Of a stretch of 64,000 nucleotides of DNA, positions 38,435 through 51,200 are shown piece by piece. The notes below the pieces were generated by a model, which did no database searches, had not been told where the DNA came from, and saw only the letters and a list, made by a program, of their open reading frames with translations. Position numbers and translations under genes: made by a program. Location of the stretch: assembly GCA_964016885.1 (NCBI GenBank), contig OZ024752.1:39308001-39372000 (forward strand). The letters run 5' to 3'. How positions within the stretch are numbered: position 1 is the first letter of the stretch; every line of letters starts with the position of its first letter. The stretch comes from Eledone cirrhosa (taxonomy: Eukaryota).

Positions 38435-38543
38435 CTTTGTTCTTGATGAAATGGAGAAAGTTCTCTATTTCTGAGATGATCTGTAAGTTTTGCAGAAGAT
38501 ATTTACGTCGTGACTTCATTAGTATATCTGTGTTAGACCATTC
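38435..38543 (-). CDS. PRKDC: DNA-PKcs exon (EWSNTDILMKSRRKYLLQNLQIISEIENFLHFIKNK)
   Basis: Matches human [33 protein letters not shown]. Confidence 0.92.
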
Positions 38544-38608
38544 CTGTAAAGATCAAAACAGTGTTTACATTTCATGATTATTACAGATCTATCAACTCTC
38601 CCTGTCCG

Positions 38609-38897
38609 ATGGGGAGTACCATGAAAAAAAGTGCCCCCAAAATGGGGAGACATGAGGCAAAATGGGACGATTTTACATATTGAAAGCTATACCCATTTTC
38701 ACAGAAGACATCTCTCACCCACCCCAAAGTGGGAGATCTCTCACCCATTTTGGAGTGGGTGAGAGATCTCCCACTTTGGGGTGGGTAAGAGATGTCTTCT
38801 CCTGTGAAAATGGGTATAGCTTTCAATATGTAAAATCGTCCCATTTTGCCTCATGTCTCCCCGTTTTGGGGGCACTTTTTTTCATAGTACTCCCCAT
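38609..38897. mobile_element. Palindromic MITE/foldback, about 140-bp arms
   Basis: GGGGAGTACCATGAAAAAAAGTGCCCC...GGGGCACTTTTTTTCATAGTACTCCCC. Confidence 0.85.
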
Positions 38898-39916
38898 TTG
38901 GGTTTTTAGAGGTTGGCAGGTATGGGTATATATTATTACCTAAGTATACTATTCTTTATATTTACTTTCTCAAATTTTATTATTTGCTAGCAATATGGAG
39001 GTGTGTGGCCTAATGGTAAGGGTGTTGGATTTACGATCATAACAACATTGGTTCGATTTCTGGACTAGGGTGTGTGTTGTGTTCTTGAGCAAAACACTTC
39101 ATTTTATGTTGCTCCAGTACACTCAGCTGAAAATGAGTACCAGCAATAGCTGGGGGTTTAACCCTAGGATTGACCGATGTCATGTACTCAGCTGCTTCAC
39201 ACCATGGAAACCAGGATAAGCCCTAGTCTGACAAGCCTTCTGACTTGAGACAGACTTAAGCAATACAGTAAAGTCATTCAAAGTCATGAGTAATTCCCGA
39301 TATGGAAACCAAACCTAAAATCTACAGGTCTCACAGTAAACTTAGTAAACACTAAAGTATTGTTTATATGTAACTCCTGATGAAGTTTTAGGAGTGCTGT
39401 AGAGATATATGGTGGAGGCACATGGCCTAGGGTGTTGACTTACGATGATAATGTCGTGGGTTCGATTCCTGGGTTGTGTGTTGTGTTCTTGAGCAAAACA
39501 CTTCATTTCACGTTGCTCCAGTATACTCAGCTGAAAATGAGTAACCCTGCAATGGACTGGTGTCCTGTCCAGGGGGGAGCCTTGTACTCTCAGTCGCTTC
39601 ACGCCATGAAACCGGGATAAGTACTGGCCAAATGAGCCTTCTGGCTTAAGATAGACTTTAGACATTTTTTTTTAGAGACATATGATGCGTCTTAAGCAGT
39701 TTAAACCTGGTGGAGCCCATCTCCTCTCCAGGCCTAAAAATAGCCGATTTCTTTCACAGAAGGAGAGACAGTGATAGCGAAAAAGTGAGAAAGAGATATA
39801 GAGGAAGAATTGATGCCAGTGGGTGACCTGACATATATATATACACACTGGTGACCTGACATATATATATACACACACACAGACAATGAAAGAAAAATAG
39901 AAGAATTTAGTCTCAC

Positions 39917-40015
39917 CGATAAAAATTGCTGAATGGCATAATTTATGTAAATCAAGGCTTGGTCATAATCCTCTTGCCATAGAAACATTAAAGAGAGTTC
40001 TTTGGAAAACTGATG
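39917..40015 (-). CDS. PRKDC: DNA-PKcs exon (HQFSKELSLMFLWQEDYDQALIYINYAIQQFLS)
   Basis: Matches human [29 protein letters not shown]. Confidence 0.93.
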
Positions 40016-40562
40016 CTATATAAAAGTAAGAATAACCAAATTTGAAGCACAAGTGGAAAATAATACTATAGAAACTTCTAAAGTTGTTCTTCTAAAAACT
40101 GCCTGCAAAGTCACTCTCATTATAATTATCATCCTCATAGTTGAATGTCCATTTTTCCACACTAGCATGGGTTAGACAAGTTGTCTCATTATGAAACAAG
40201 TCAGATCAGATGGCCAATGTCTTTCTCATACAGAAGTGTTTCTGGCTTGGTTTCTACAGCTGGATGCCCTTCCTAATGCCAACCACATTTACAATGTATA
40301 CTGGGTGCTTTTTATTGTGACACATACATGACCACTTTACAGTAAGGGCTGGGCGCTTTTTGTCGTGCATTCATGTAAATAAAATTCAAATATATTAAAA
40401 CAAAATTTAAACTTTAAAATCCATTATATCGATGAAAGATAATTCAAATCAGGAACCAAACAGAAATTAAAGGATAACATTGTTTTTAATGAAGACATCA
40501 TTGGAAGCGAGAAATTTAAACTATCTCAATTAACCAATAATTATATACAAAGAAATATTTAC

Positions 40563-40691
40563 CTCTAAAATGTTAGCCCTAAAAGGGAATTTAAGAGCTT
40601 TATTAATGAATTTCAGAAAATCATTCTGCTTTAAGTCTTGCTGCTGCATTAATTTCAGTTTAGACTGAATCAGTGGCTGTAGGTAATTCTC
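40563..40691 (-). CDS. PRKDC: DNA-PKcs exon (ENYLQPLIQSKLKLM...RANILE)
   Basis: Matches human ETYLPYMIRSKLKLL. Confidence 0.92.
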
Positions 40692-41691
40692 CTGAAATAT
40701 TAAAATTAAAGATAACAAGCAAAAAGAAACTTCAGATGACGTAAAAATACAGCAAATTACATAGAAATAATTACTTAAAATACAAAACTAAAAATATTGC
40801 TTTCTTTTGGTTAGACATAAAAAAAAGAAAAAAAGACAAGGAGGAAGTGGTGGTGGAGCTTCTTCTTCTTCTCTTCTGGAAGGTACTATCTCAAGCAACT
40901 ATTTCCAATTGATCTGGCTGGATCTCCAACTGAGACCAGCTGAACCCATAAATATCATCCAAGTGCAACCAGCCAGCTTGTGGTGGATTAGCATCAAAAG
41001 AGTTAAACAAACAATGAACAGCATCGGAACATAATTCAGTTGATCTGAGTTCAAATCCCACCGAGGTTAGCTTTGCCTTGCATCCTTACGTGGTCGATAA
41101 AATAAAGTACCAGTAATGCACTGGGATAATTGCTGGCCTTGTGCCCAAAGTAGAAACAATTATTTAACAATCCTTGTAGATAAATAAATAACCATTAAAC
41201 CGTTCAAAGTTATATTTTTACTAAAACAAAAAATTTACTTTATCATTATTTTCCATTCTGAGTTCAAATCCTGCTGAGGTTAGCTTTGCCTTTCATCCTT
41301 ACGAGGTCAATAAAATAAAGTACCAGTAATGCACTGGGGTTGATTTAATCGACTTTTCCCTCCCCTTCAAATTGCTGACCTTGTGCTTAAAGTAGAAACA
41401 ATTATTTTACAGTATACAGTTATGTCCCTTTACATTCTGAGTTCAAATCCTGTTGAGGTTAGCTTTGCTTTTCATCATTACAGAGTTGATAAAAAAAAGT
41501 ACCAGTAATGCACTAGGGTTGATTTAATCAACTTTCTCCTCACCAAAACTGTTGACCTTGTGCCTAAATCAAAAACGATTATTTTATACATTCTAAATAT
41601 CTAGTAAAAAGCCCAACAAAAAACAAGAAATATAAAAAAATATTTTTAACAAAAAATTTCATGTTAATCATTAGTTCATTTATCATTATTA

Positions 41692-41797
41692 TTAACCTTC
41701 AGCATGCTAGACATTTTTATGAATTGTTTCCATTAATACTGCATTATGTATTAAAAGGAGATCACTCTATCAGCGACTGGAGTGTCCAGAAGGTTAA
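41692..41797. mobile_element. Small TTAA MITE (second copy about 57861-57975)
   Basis: TTAACCTTC...GAAGGTTAA ends; homologous interiors. Confidence 0.6.
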
Positions 41798-42133
41798 GTA
41801 GTTTGAAATATAACAATTAGATTAATTTAGAAATATTAGTTCTTACTTGATTGAAAGAATTATCCCACGGGCGCCCAAAAGGTTAATAGTTTGAAATATA
41901 ACAATTAGGTTAATTTAGAAATATTGGTTCTTACTTGATTGAAAGAATTATCCCACGGGCGCCCAAAAGGTTAATAGTTTGAAATATAACAATTAGGTTA
42001 ATTTAGAAATATTGGTTCTTACTTGATTGAAAGAATTATCCCATGAGCACCCAAAAGGTTAATAGTTTGAAATATAACAATTAGGTTAATTTAGAAATAT
42101 TGGTTCTTACTTGATTGAAAGAATTATCCCACA
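41790..42133. repeat. 88-bp tandem repeat x4 containing exon end and donor site
   Basis: TTCTTACTTGATTGAAAGAATTATCCCA at 88-bp period. Confidence 0.93.
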
Positions 42134-42218
42134 CTTTGGTAAAGTCACCACCAGGTGGATCTATGCGTTGTTCACATTCTTTTTCAATTTTATCCCATTT
42201 GCTCAAATTTTCCAAACA
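42111..42218 (-). CDS. PRKDC: DNA-PKcs exon (CLENLSKWDKIEKECEQRIDPPGGDFTKVWDNSFNQ)
   Basis: Matches human CYNHLAEWKSLE...DLNKIWSEPFYQ. Confidence 0.9.
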
Positions 42219-42413
42219 CTACAAAAGCAATTTAAGATTTTCAGTTTGAAAAATATGATATTAGTATAAAGATTTCAACAATTGTCTAAACTAGTTAAAG
42301 CTCAGATTTTCCTTAGGATATACAGAAACACAAACACACACCCTTTTTGTCTCCATACCTGTTGACAAACTTGAACTTAAACCAGCTCCATTTTCAGGAG
42401 ACAACACTCTCTA

Positions 42414-42613
42414 NNNNNNNNNNNNNNNNNNNNNNNNNNNNNNNNNNNNNNNNNNNNNNNNNNNNNNNNNNNNNNNNNNNNNNNNNNNNNNNNNNNNNNN
42501 NNNNNNNNNNNNNNNNNNNNNNNNNNNNNNNNNNNNNNNNNNNNNNNNNNNNNNNNNNNNNNNNNNNNNNNNNNNNNNNNNNNNNNNNNNNNNNNNNNNN
42601 NNNNNNNNNNNNN
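42414..42613. other. Assembly gap (200 N)
   Basis: Run of n. Confidence 1.
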
Positions 42614-43163
42614 ACAGTTATTCCATATCTCAATTTTCAAACTTACTTTTATAACAGTTATTCCATATCTCAATTTTCAAACTTACTTTTATAACAATTA
42701 TTCCATGTCTCAATTTTGAAAGTTACTTTGATAACAGTTATTCCATGTCTCACTTTTGAAACTTACTTGTATATAACAGTTATTCCATATCTCAATTTTC
42801 AAACTTACTTTTATAACAATTATTCCATGTCTCAATTTTGAAAGTTACTTTGATAACAGTTATTCCATGTCTCACTTTTGAAACTTACTTGTATATAACA
42901 GTTATTCCATATCTCAATTTTCAAACTTACTTTTATAACAATTATTCCATGTCTCAATTTTGAAAGTTACTTTGATAACAGTTATTCCATGTCTCACTTT
43001 TGAAACTTACTTGTATATAACAGTTATTCCATATCTCAATTTTCAAACTTACTTTTATAACAGTTATTCCATGTCTCAATTTTGAAAGTTACATTTATAA
43101 CAGTTATTCCATGTCTCAAATTCGAAACTTACTTGTATATAACAGTTATTCCATGTCTCAATT
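42614..43163. repeat. 40/40/42-bp tandem array (122-bp higher order) containing exon end and donor site
   Basis: AACAGTTATTCCAT(A/G)TCTCA...AAACTTAC units running into the gap. Confidence 0.93.
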
Positions 43164-43201
43164 TCCTCTAAATGTGTGTCTGACTCAGTGTTGTTTAAAG
43201 C
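43133..43201 (-). CDS. PRKDC: DNA-PKcs exon (ALNNTESDTHLEEIETWNNCYIQ)
   Basis: Phase 0-0, AG/GTAAGT; matches human ALNKQ...EAEKDFW. Confidence 0.85.
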
Positions 43202-44214
43202 CTTAAAAACAAAAACCAAGATAATTTGATTAATAATGTTGCTTTTGAAAAATGCTGAAACTTCATAATGAAACACAGAACAATAACTTAAGTTGTGAAT
43301 TTGTACATTGGTCCAACCTATGCAAGCGTGGAAAAATGGACATAAAAAACGACGATGATGGGTCACTTTTCCCAGTACATAAGAAGTATACAGTACAGTA
43401 TTGAAGCTTACTTTTTTGAGTAACATAATTCAGAAAAGGGCAGATGAACTCCTCAGAGTCAATGGCCATCCACCCCAACTATGGGTTAAATAGACTCATA
43501 GACTCGCAATTGGCCAAGTGTGGTGAGTACAGCTACATTCCTGACATGACTAAAACCAATCAGAAATAGGTGGAGGTCAACCAGGGAGGGGTCCTTCAAC
43601 ATGAGTAAGAAGGCCCCTGATTGGATTAGATTGGAATCTAGAAAAGAACACAAAAAGATATAGAGGAAGAATCAACCCCAGTACTAGACTGGTATTTATT
43701 TTTATTCACCTTGAAAGGATGAAAAGCATAGCTGAATTGGCAGGATTTGAACTGCGAGAGCAAAGATCTGGAACGAATATTGCAAAGCATTCTAACAACT
43801 CTAAAAATTCGTTGGAGTAAACAATGATTATTAATAACAAATATACAATGAATCTGAAGTCACACTGATATAAAAGAAATCATTATTTCCGGTAGACCGT
43901 CGAATAACATGATTTGTTGCACAGAGTTATGGCCCATTACAATTTGAGTTCAAATCCTATCCTGCTGAGGTTAGCTTCACCTTTCAACCTTACGGGGTCG
44001 ATAAAATAAAGTACCAGTCACGCACAGGGGTCGATTTAATCGACTTTCCTCCCAAAAAATGTTGCTGGCCTTGTGCCTAAATCAGAAATCATTATTTCCA
44101 AAAGTAAGTTTCAATTATCCAGGATAATTTTCTATTGCAGTTATCTTTATATTTATTTCTAGGGGTATTTAAAAAAAAAAAGAAAAAAAAAAAAGAGAAC
44201 TTCTTCGGCCAAGT

Positions 44215-44655
44215 TTACACTTGCAAAGAATCAGGACGTTTTCTCCAATCGTCCCGGTCGAGCATGACATTTCTCAGTTTATCGATGTTATCAAAGTTGA
44301 CATCTCTCAGCAGGGTATCAATGAATGAGACGGCTTGTCTTCCCACGCTTCTTCGTCTGGCTGCCGGTTGCCAGAGCACAAGTTGTGATGCTGTCTCTTC
44401 TAGATGACAGATGCAGTGCCCAGTTAGTTTCATTCGTCTGCAGGCAACTATTTTTGAGATTTGTATAGTTTCCTTATTTGTCAGCTTCTGTTTTCAAGAA
44501 AAGTTGAGAGCCATTCTCAACATCCTTGTGTAACATCCGTCAAGTCTCTTACATAGCACTTTGTCACTACTTCACATTTCATTGCTGTAAAGCAGGATGG
44601 ACTCAACAGTTGCTAGGAAGAAGCACTCCTTGATTTTGAAGTTTAGCTGACTATG
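44215..44655 (-). mobile_element. Degenerate LINE RT 3' fragment
   Basis: TVESILLY, LTGHC, MLDRDDWR motifs with stops/frameshifts. Confidence 0.75.
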
Positions 44656-44697
44656 AAAAAGAGAAAATGTTGAATAATTTATATTTGAAATGATTAC

Positions 44698-44836
44698 CTT
44701 AACATAGTACTTGATAGCTTCTGAGTAATCACCACGAATTTCTGCTTCTATGGCCATCTTGCTATCGTTCTTGCACCCAACATAATCTTTGAAAATTCCC
44801 AAAACTGAGTCATAATCATTGACTGATTTATAAAGT
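44698..44836 (-). CDS. PRKDC: DNA-PKcs exon (LYKSVNDYDSVLGIF...AEIRGDYSEAIKYYVK)
   Basis: Matches human LYRSIGEYDVLRGIF...AEARSDYSEAAKQY. Confidence 0.95.
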
Positions 44837-45882
44837 CTGTTAAAAGCAATAAAGAAATCCTATTTAGTCAAGTAGTTCTGTGATTGTTACTAAGTGTATC
44901 TGGTTTACAATAGGTACACCATATCTCTTATTTAAAACATCTTTTATATTCATAGAAAAAGGAGAAAACTCGATGTTAAAATAGCTGTTAAAGCAGCCAG
45001 ATTTTCTATTCTCTTTACTGACCTCTAACCACAGATTTCTGTCCTCTCAGGTATTTTTTACCTGTCACTATCATTGACAGCATTTGGCTGTTTTAACAGC
45101 TATTCTTGTATTCAGTTTTCTCATTTTTCTATGAATTCAAATATACTCACACTTAGTCTCGATCTTCGAGACAACAATGTTTGTATATTTTCTCTCTATA
45201 TATATATGTGTGTGTGTGTGTGTATGAGTATATATATATAGAGAGAGAGAGGGGGGGAGAGAGGAGAGAGGAGGGAGAGAGAGGAGAGAGGAGGGAGAGA
45301 GAGCAGAGAGGGGGGGGAGAGAGGAGAGAGGAGGGAGAGAGAGCAGAGAGAGACTACGAGAGAGAGAGAGTAGAGATAAGAGATGTTTAGATCTATATCA
45401 GTTTCATCATCATCATCATCTTCGTTTAACGTCCATTTTCCATGCTAGCATGGGTTAGACGGGAGTTGTCCCACTTGAGGCAAGGTTGGTTGGGTGACCA
45501 TGTCTCGCTCATATAGAACTATCTGGCAGGTTTCCTATGGCTGGATGTCCTTCCTAACACCAACCACATTTACAGTGTGGAGCTGGGAACTTTTTACCGT
45601 GTTACCTACACGGCCACATTACAGCGTGGACTGTGTGTTTGTTTTTTTTCATGACACCTACATGATCTCTAGATCAGGGGAACACGCCAGCCAGATAGAT
45701 TATATCCATACTAGAAGTCGGGAAAAAGTGTCTGTTGTAAACACTAAATCCCTCCCCCGTGAAGAATGCACCTCCCAACATAGCCTAGTAGTTAGTGACT
45801 TCATAGTCAGGAATAGATGTATAGTTTATGAAAAGAAAATGATAAATAATTTACAGCAGAGAAAAATCTAATAAAGACTTAC

Positions 45883-46009
45883 CTAGCTAATTCCAACCAG
45901 GTTGAAACATCAGGTGCTGGTGTGTGCAAATATTGGCGTGGCCTTTTAGCATTAGTGGGAAGACAACAATCCAGTCTCTTAATTAGCTGTTCTTCCAATA
46001 CAGTGATTG
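45883..46009 (-). CDS. PRKDC: DNA-PKcs exon (AITVLEEQLI...AKRPR...PDVSTWLELAR)
   Basis: Matches human GIRLLEEALL...AKRVR...PDVLRWVELAK. Confidence 0.93.
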
Positions 46010-46159
46010 CTTTTGAAAGGATATTAAAAGAAAAAAGTTTTTTAAATCTGTCATATTTTTTTTTGTTTGTTTGGGATATATTTAAATAAAATATAGAGAA
46101 CTGACAATTGACAGTGTTGAAACTATTACATCATGGAAGAACCCCTTTTAAACCATTAA

Positions 46160-47050
46160 AAAAACATGCAGCACTGACTTTCATTCTTGTCCTGCAGCAC
46201 TCAGCAGTTAACTTATCATGTGCATGTCGAAGATCACCTCCCAACAAGTTAAGTAATACCATGCCATCCGCAAATTCCAGCTGACTGATCCTATACCCAC
46301 CAGTGTTGATACCACCTTCAACTCAGCTGCACATGTCAATTCTGCCCATGAAGATTATGAACAGGAGAGATGACAGTATACACTCTTTGTGTAATCCAAC
46401 ACAAATACTAGGGCGTTCACATAGAGACACCAGGGCGACAAGAAGCTGACCATTGATCTCATACTCCTGTAGAATCTTCCAGAACAGGTCATGTGGAACG
46501 TGGTCATATGCCTTTTCATGGCAATTTTCCCATTTTATTTCAAAGACCTGTTGCAGTGTGAATAGTTGATCAGTTGTGCTGTGTCTGGGATGAAAAACCA
46601 CACTGTTCGTTAACTAGCTTGGACTTGACAATCTCCCTATATCTCTTTGCCAGACAGCATAGACTTAACTGGGGAGGCTTATCAAGGACCTTCTTCATAA
46701 CTGGAGCAATCTCTCTTGTCTCCCTTTTTGAAAATTGGGATTATCAGTCCTAATTGCCATTGCTTAGGTGCCTTTCCAGAGATCTAGGCCACCCAGCGCA
46801 CATGAGTCAGCCAAAGAATATCTTCTTTATTTAAGATTTTTAACATCTCACACTGAATTCCTTCCAGTGGCCTTGACACATTTAAGCTCTTTAATTGCTC
46901 TTATGACCTCAGCCTTCAAGAGATTAGTCATTGCTCCCAGATGCACCTCATGTACATCAGAAGATGATGTAGTAACTGAGCTTAGGAGTTCAGTAAAATA
47001 TTCTCACCATCTCACAAGGATGCACCTTGCTGAAGAGAGGAGAACCCAAG
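46160..47050 (-). mobile_element. Degenerate LINE reverse transcriptase fragment
   Basis: STTDQLFTLQQVFE, EKAYDHV, LSSLLFIIFM motifs. Confidence 0.8.
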
Positions 47051-47287
47051 ACACATACAAAGTTATGAATTCGTTTCCAACAGTTCATAACTTCAAAGCT
47101 AGATGGGGTTACTAGTTTATTGATGTGACATTTGTTAATCATTCAGATATGTGTTGGTAATAAATATTTGTTTAAAAAAAAATAGTCATTTTACTAAAAA
47201 AAGAAGAAAAAAAATGAGCTTAGCAACTGTAGTTGTGTAAAATATACATGGCAGTCAACAGGTTAAAATATAGAAGAACTTTCTCAC

Positions 47288-47378
47288 CAAGTGGTTGAAG
47301 TTTGGCAGTTATTGCAGAGGATGCAATAAGCTGTTTGACATTAATTGGCAATTCTTTGTTCATATCATACAAAATGTT
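47288..47378 (-). CDS. PRKDC: DNA-PKcs exon (NILYDMNKELPINVKQLIASSAITAKLQPL)
   Basis: AG/GT, open frame, phases join flanking exons; positional match to human ...LASLQQPVG. Confidence 0.8.
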
Positions 47379-47717
47379 CTGTAAAAAGATATCAAATAAT
47401 AAAAAATAGAATAAAAGAAGACAAAGATGAAGAAGACAAAGCAGAAGAAGAAGAAGAAGAAGAAAACCAGAAAAAGAAAAAGATGAAGAAGAAGAAAACG
47501 AAGAAAAAGGAGGAAAAAAAAAAAATAATTGTTTCTACTTTTGGCACAAGGCCAGCAATTATTCCAGTGCATTACTGGTACTTTATTTTATCGACCCTGT
47601 AAGGATGAAAGGCAAAGTTAACCTTGGCGGGATTTGAACTCAGACCGCAGATTGGCATAACTCTATCTTGCAAAGCATGACGCCTGACCCTCTACCAATA
47701 CTGCCAATCCACCACCC

Positions 47718-47751
<34 letters not shown>

Positions 47752-48269
47752 TGTTTCTACTTTTGGCACAAGGCCAGCAATTACCCAGTGCATTACTGGT
47801 ACTTTATTTTATCGACCCAGTAAGGATGAAAGGCAAAGTTAACCTCGGCGGGATTTGAACTCAGAATAGCAAGGGCCGTAACTCTATGCGTCAAAGCATG
47901 GCATCCGACCCTCTACCGATACTGCCAATCCATCGCCCTTATAATAATAATAATAATGCTTTCTTTATTAACCACAAGGGTTGACATAAAGTAGACATTA
48001 AGGACAGTACAGGACAACACAGGACAATACAAATGGGCATTTCTGCATGTAAAAAACAAAGACAGAGGATATAATAAAAAAAAAAAAACAATTAAAAATT
48101 CCCCAATAGGGGTAGCGGGGGGGGGGGGGGTAGACTTTCAAGGGTCACTTGTGGAGAAAACCCACAAAAAAGCCACGGTTAACCTGACCGCTAGGGCAAG
48201 TGCCCTCTTCCAGTTTTCCTCCTATGATGCTACAGGCACACGCTTAGAGCAGACCCATTCACATGGGCC

Positions 48270-51200
48270 ATCTATAATATATATATATATACACTATAAT
48301 ATATATATACTCTATAATATATATATACTCTATAATATATATATATACTCTATAATATATATATACTCTATAATATATATATATATACACTATAATATAT
48401 ATATATACTCTATAATATATATATATACTCTATAATATATATATACTCTATAATATATATATATATACACTATAATATATATATACACTATAATATATAT
48501 ATATACTCTATAATATATATATATACTCTATAATATATATATACTCTATAATATATATATATATACACTATAATATATATATACACTATAATATATATAT
48601 ATACACTATAATATATATATACTCTATAATATATATATATATACTCTATAATATATATATACTCTATAATATATATATATATACTCTATAATATATATAT
48701 ATACTCTATAATATATATATATATACACTATAATATATATATACACTATAATATATATATATACTCTATAATATATATATATATACACTATAATATATAT
48801 ATACTCTATAATATATATATATACTCTATAATATATATATATATACTCTATAATATATATATACTCTATAATATATATATATACTCTATAATATATATAT
48901 ATACTCTATAATATATATATATACTCTATACTATATATATATACTCTATAATATATATATATACTCTATAATATATATATACTCTATAATATATATATAT
49001 ACTCTATAATATATATATACACTATAATATATATATACTCTATAATATATATATATACTCTATAATATATATATATATACTCTATAATATATATATACTC
49101 TATAATATATATATATACTCTATAATATATATATATATACTCTATAATATATATATACTCTATAATATATATATATACTCTATAATATATATATATACTC
49201 TATAATATATATATACTCTATAATATATATATATATACTCTATAATATATATATGTATATATACACTATAATATATATATACTCTATAATATATATATAT
49301 ATACTCTATAATATATATATATACACTATAATATATATATACTCTATAATATATATATATACTCTATAATATATATATATATACTCTATAATATATATAT
49401 ACTCTATAATATATATATATACTCTATAATATATATATATACTCTATAATATATATATACTCTATAATATATATATATACTCTATAATATATATATACTC
49501 TATAATATATATATATATAGTCTATAATATATATATATATATACACTATAATATATATATATACTCTATAATATATATATATACTCTATAATATATATAT
49601 ATACACTATAATATATATATACTCTATAATATATATATATACTCTACAATATATATATATATATACTCTATAATATATATATACTCTATAATATATATAT
49701 ATACTCTATAATATATATATATATACACTATAATATATATATACTCTATAATATATATATTATAGTGTATATATATATATATTATACAGTATATATATAT
49801 ATTATAGAGTATATATATATTATAGTGTATATATATATATTATAGAGTATATATATATATATATTATAGAGTATATATATATTATAGAGTATATATATAT
49901 ATTATAGAGTATATATATATATATTATAGAGTATATATATATTATAGTGTATATATATATATATTATAGAGTATATATATATATTATAGAGTATATATAT
50001 ATTATAGAGTATATATATATATTATAAAGTATATATACTCTATAATATATATATATATACACTATAATATATATATACTCTATAATATATATATATACTC
50101 TATAATATATATATATACTCTATAATATATATATACTCTATAATATATATACTCTATAATATATATATATATATACACTATAATATATATATACTCTATA
50201 ATATATATATATACTCTAAAATATATATATATACTCTATAATATATATATACTCTATAATGTATATATACTCTATAATATATATATATATATACTATAAT
50301 ATATATATACTCTATAATATATATATATACTATAATATATATATATATATATATTGTAGGTCCTGGGTACACAAGAGATGTAGCGGGATAGCAGGCAAAC
50401 TAACAGGTAGGGAGAAATATGTATGCAGTAGATGTACAGGGAAATTAGACAGTAGAAGTCGCACTGATAGACACATTTTTCAAATGCGAGAGGGCGCTAT
50501 AGAAGTGGTGGATAGCTTCCGGTACCTAGGAGATCAGATTAGCATGGGAGGAGGGTGTTCCGAGGCCATAGTATCTAGAATAAGGACGGGTTGGAAGAAG
50601 TTTAGGGAGCTGCTTCCTCTGTTGACGAAGAAGGGTTTCTCCCTGCGTACGAAAGGCCGGTTGTATGATGCCTGTGTGAGGAGCGCGATGCTGCATGGTA
50701 GTGAGACATGGGCAGCTACCGCAGAAGATATGCGACGGCTGGAGAGAAATGAGGCAAGCATGCTCCGTTGGATGTGCAGTGTAAATGTGCGTGAACGACC
50801 CAGCATAAATGAGTTGAGAGAGAAACTGTGTCTGAGAGGGATAGAATGTAGTGTACGGGAGAGGAGACTGAGGTGGTATGGACATGTGATGCGCATGGAG
50901 GATGACCGATGGGTGAAGAAGTGCCAGGAAATGCCAGTTGAAGGAAGACGTGGTAGAGGTAGACCACGAAAAACATGGGCGGAGGTGGTGAGAACAGACC
51001 TCAGATCATTGAAGCTCACGGTGGAGATGACGAGGGACCGTGACGAGTGGAGAGATGCTGTGCTGAATAAGACCCGTCCCACCCTTGCAAGCAGGGAAAA
51101 GCGGACGTAAAATGATGATGATGATGATGATGATGATGATATATACTCTATAATATATATATATATATACACTATAATATATATATACTCTATAATATAT

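Noticed and set aside
42347-42694. ORFs spanning X residues
   Set aside because: Artefacts of the N gap.
50534-51172. 212-aa minus-strand ORF
   Set aside because: Antisense shadow of the RTE ORF.
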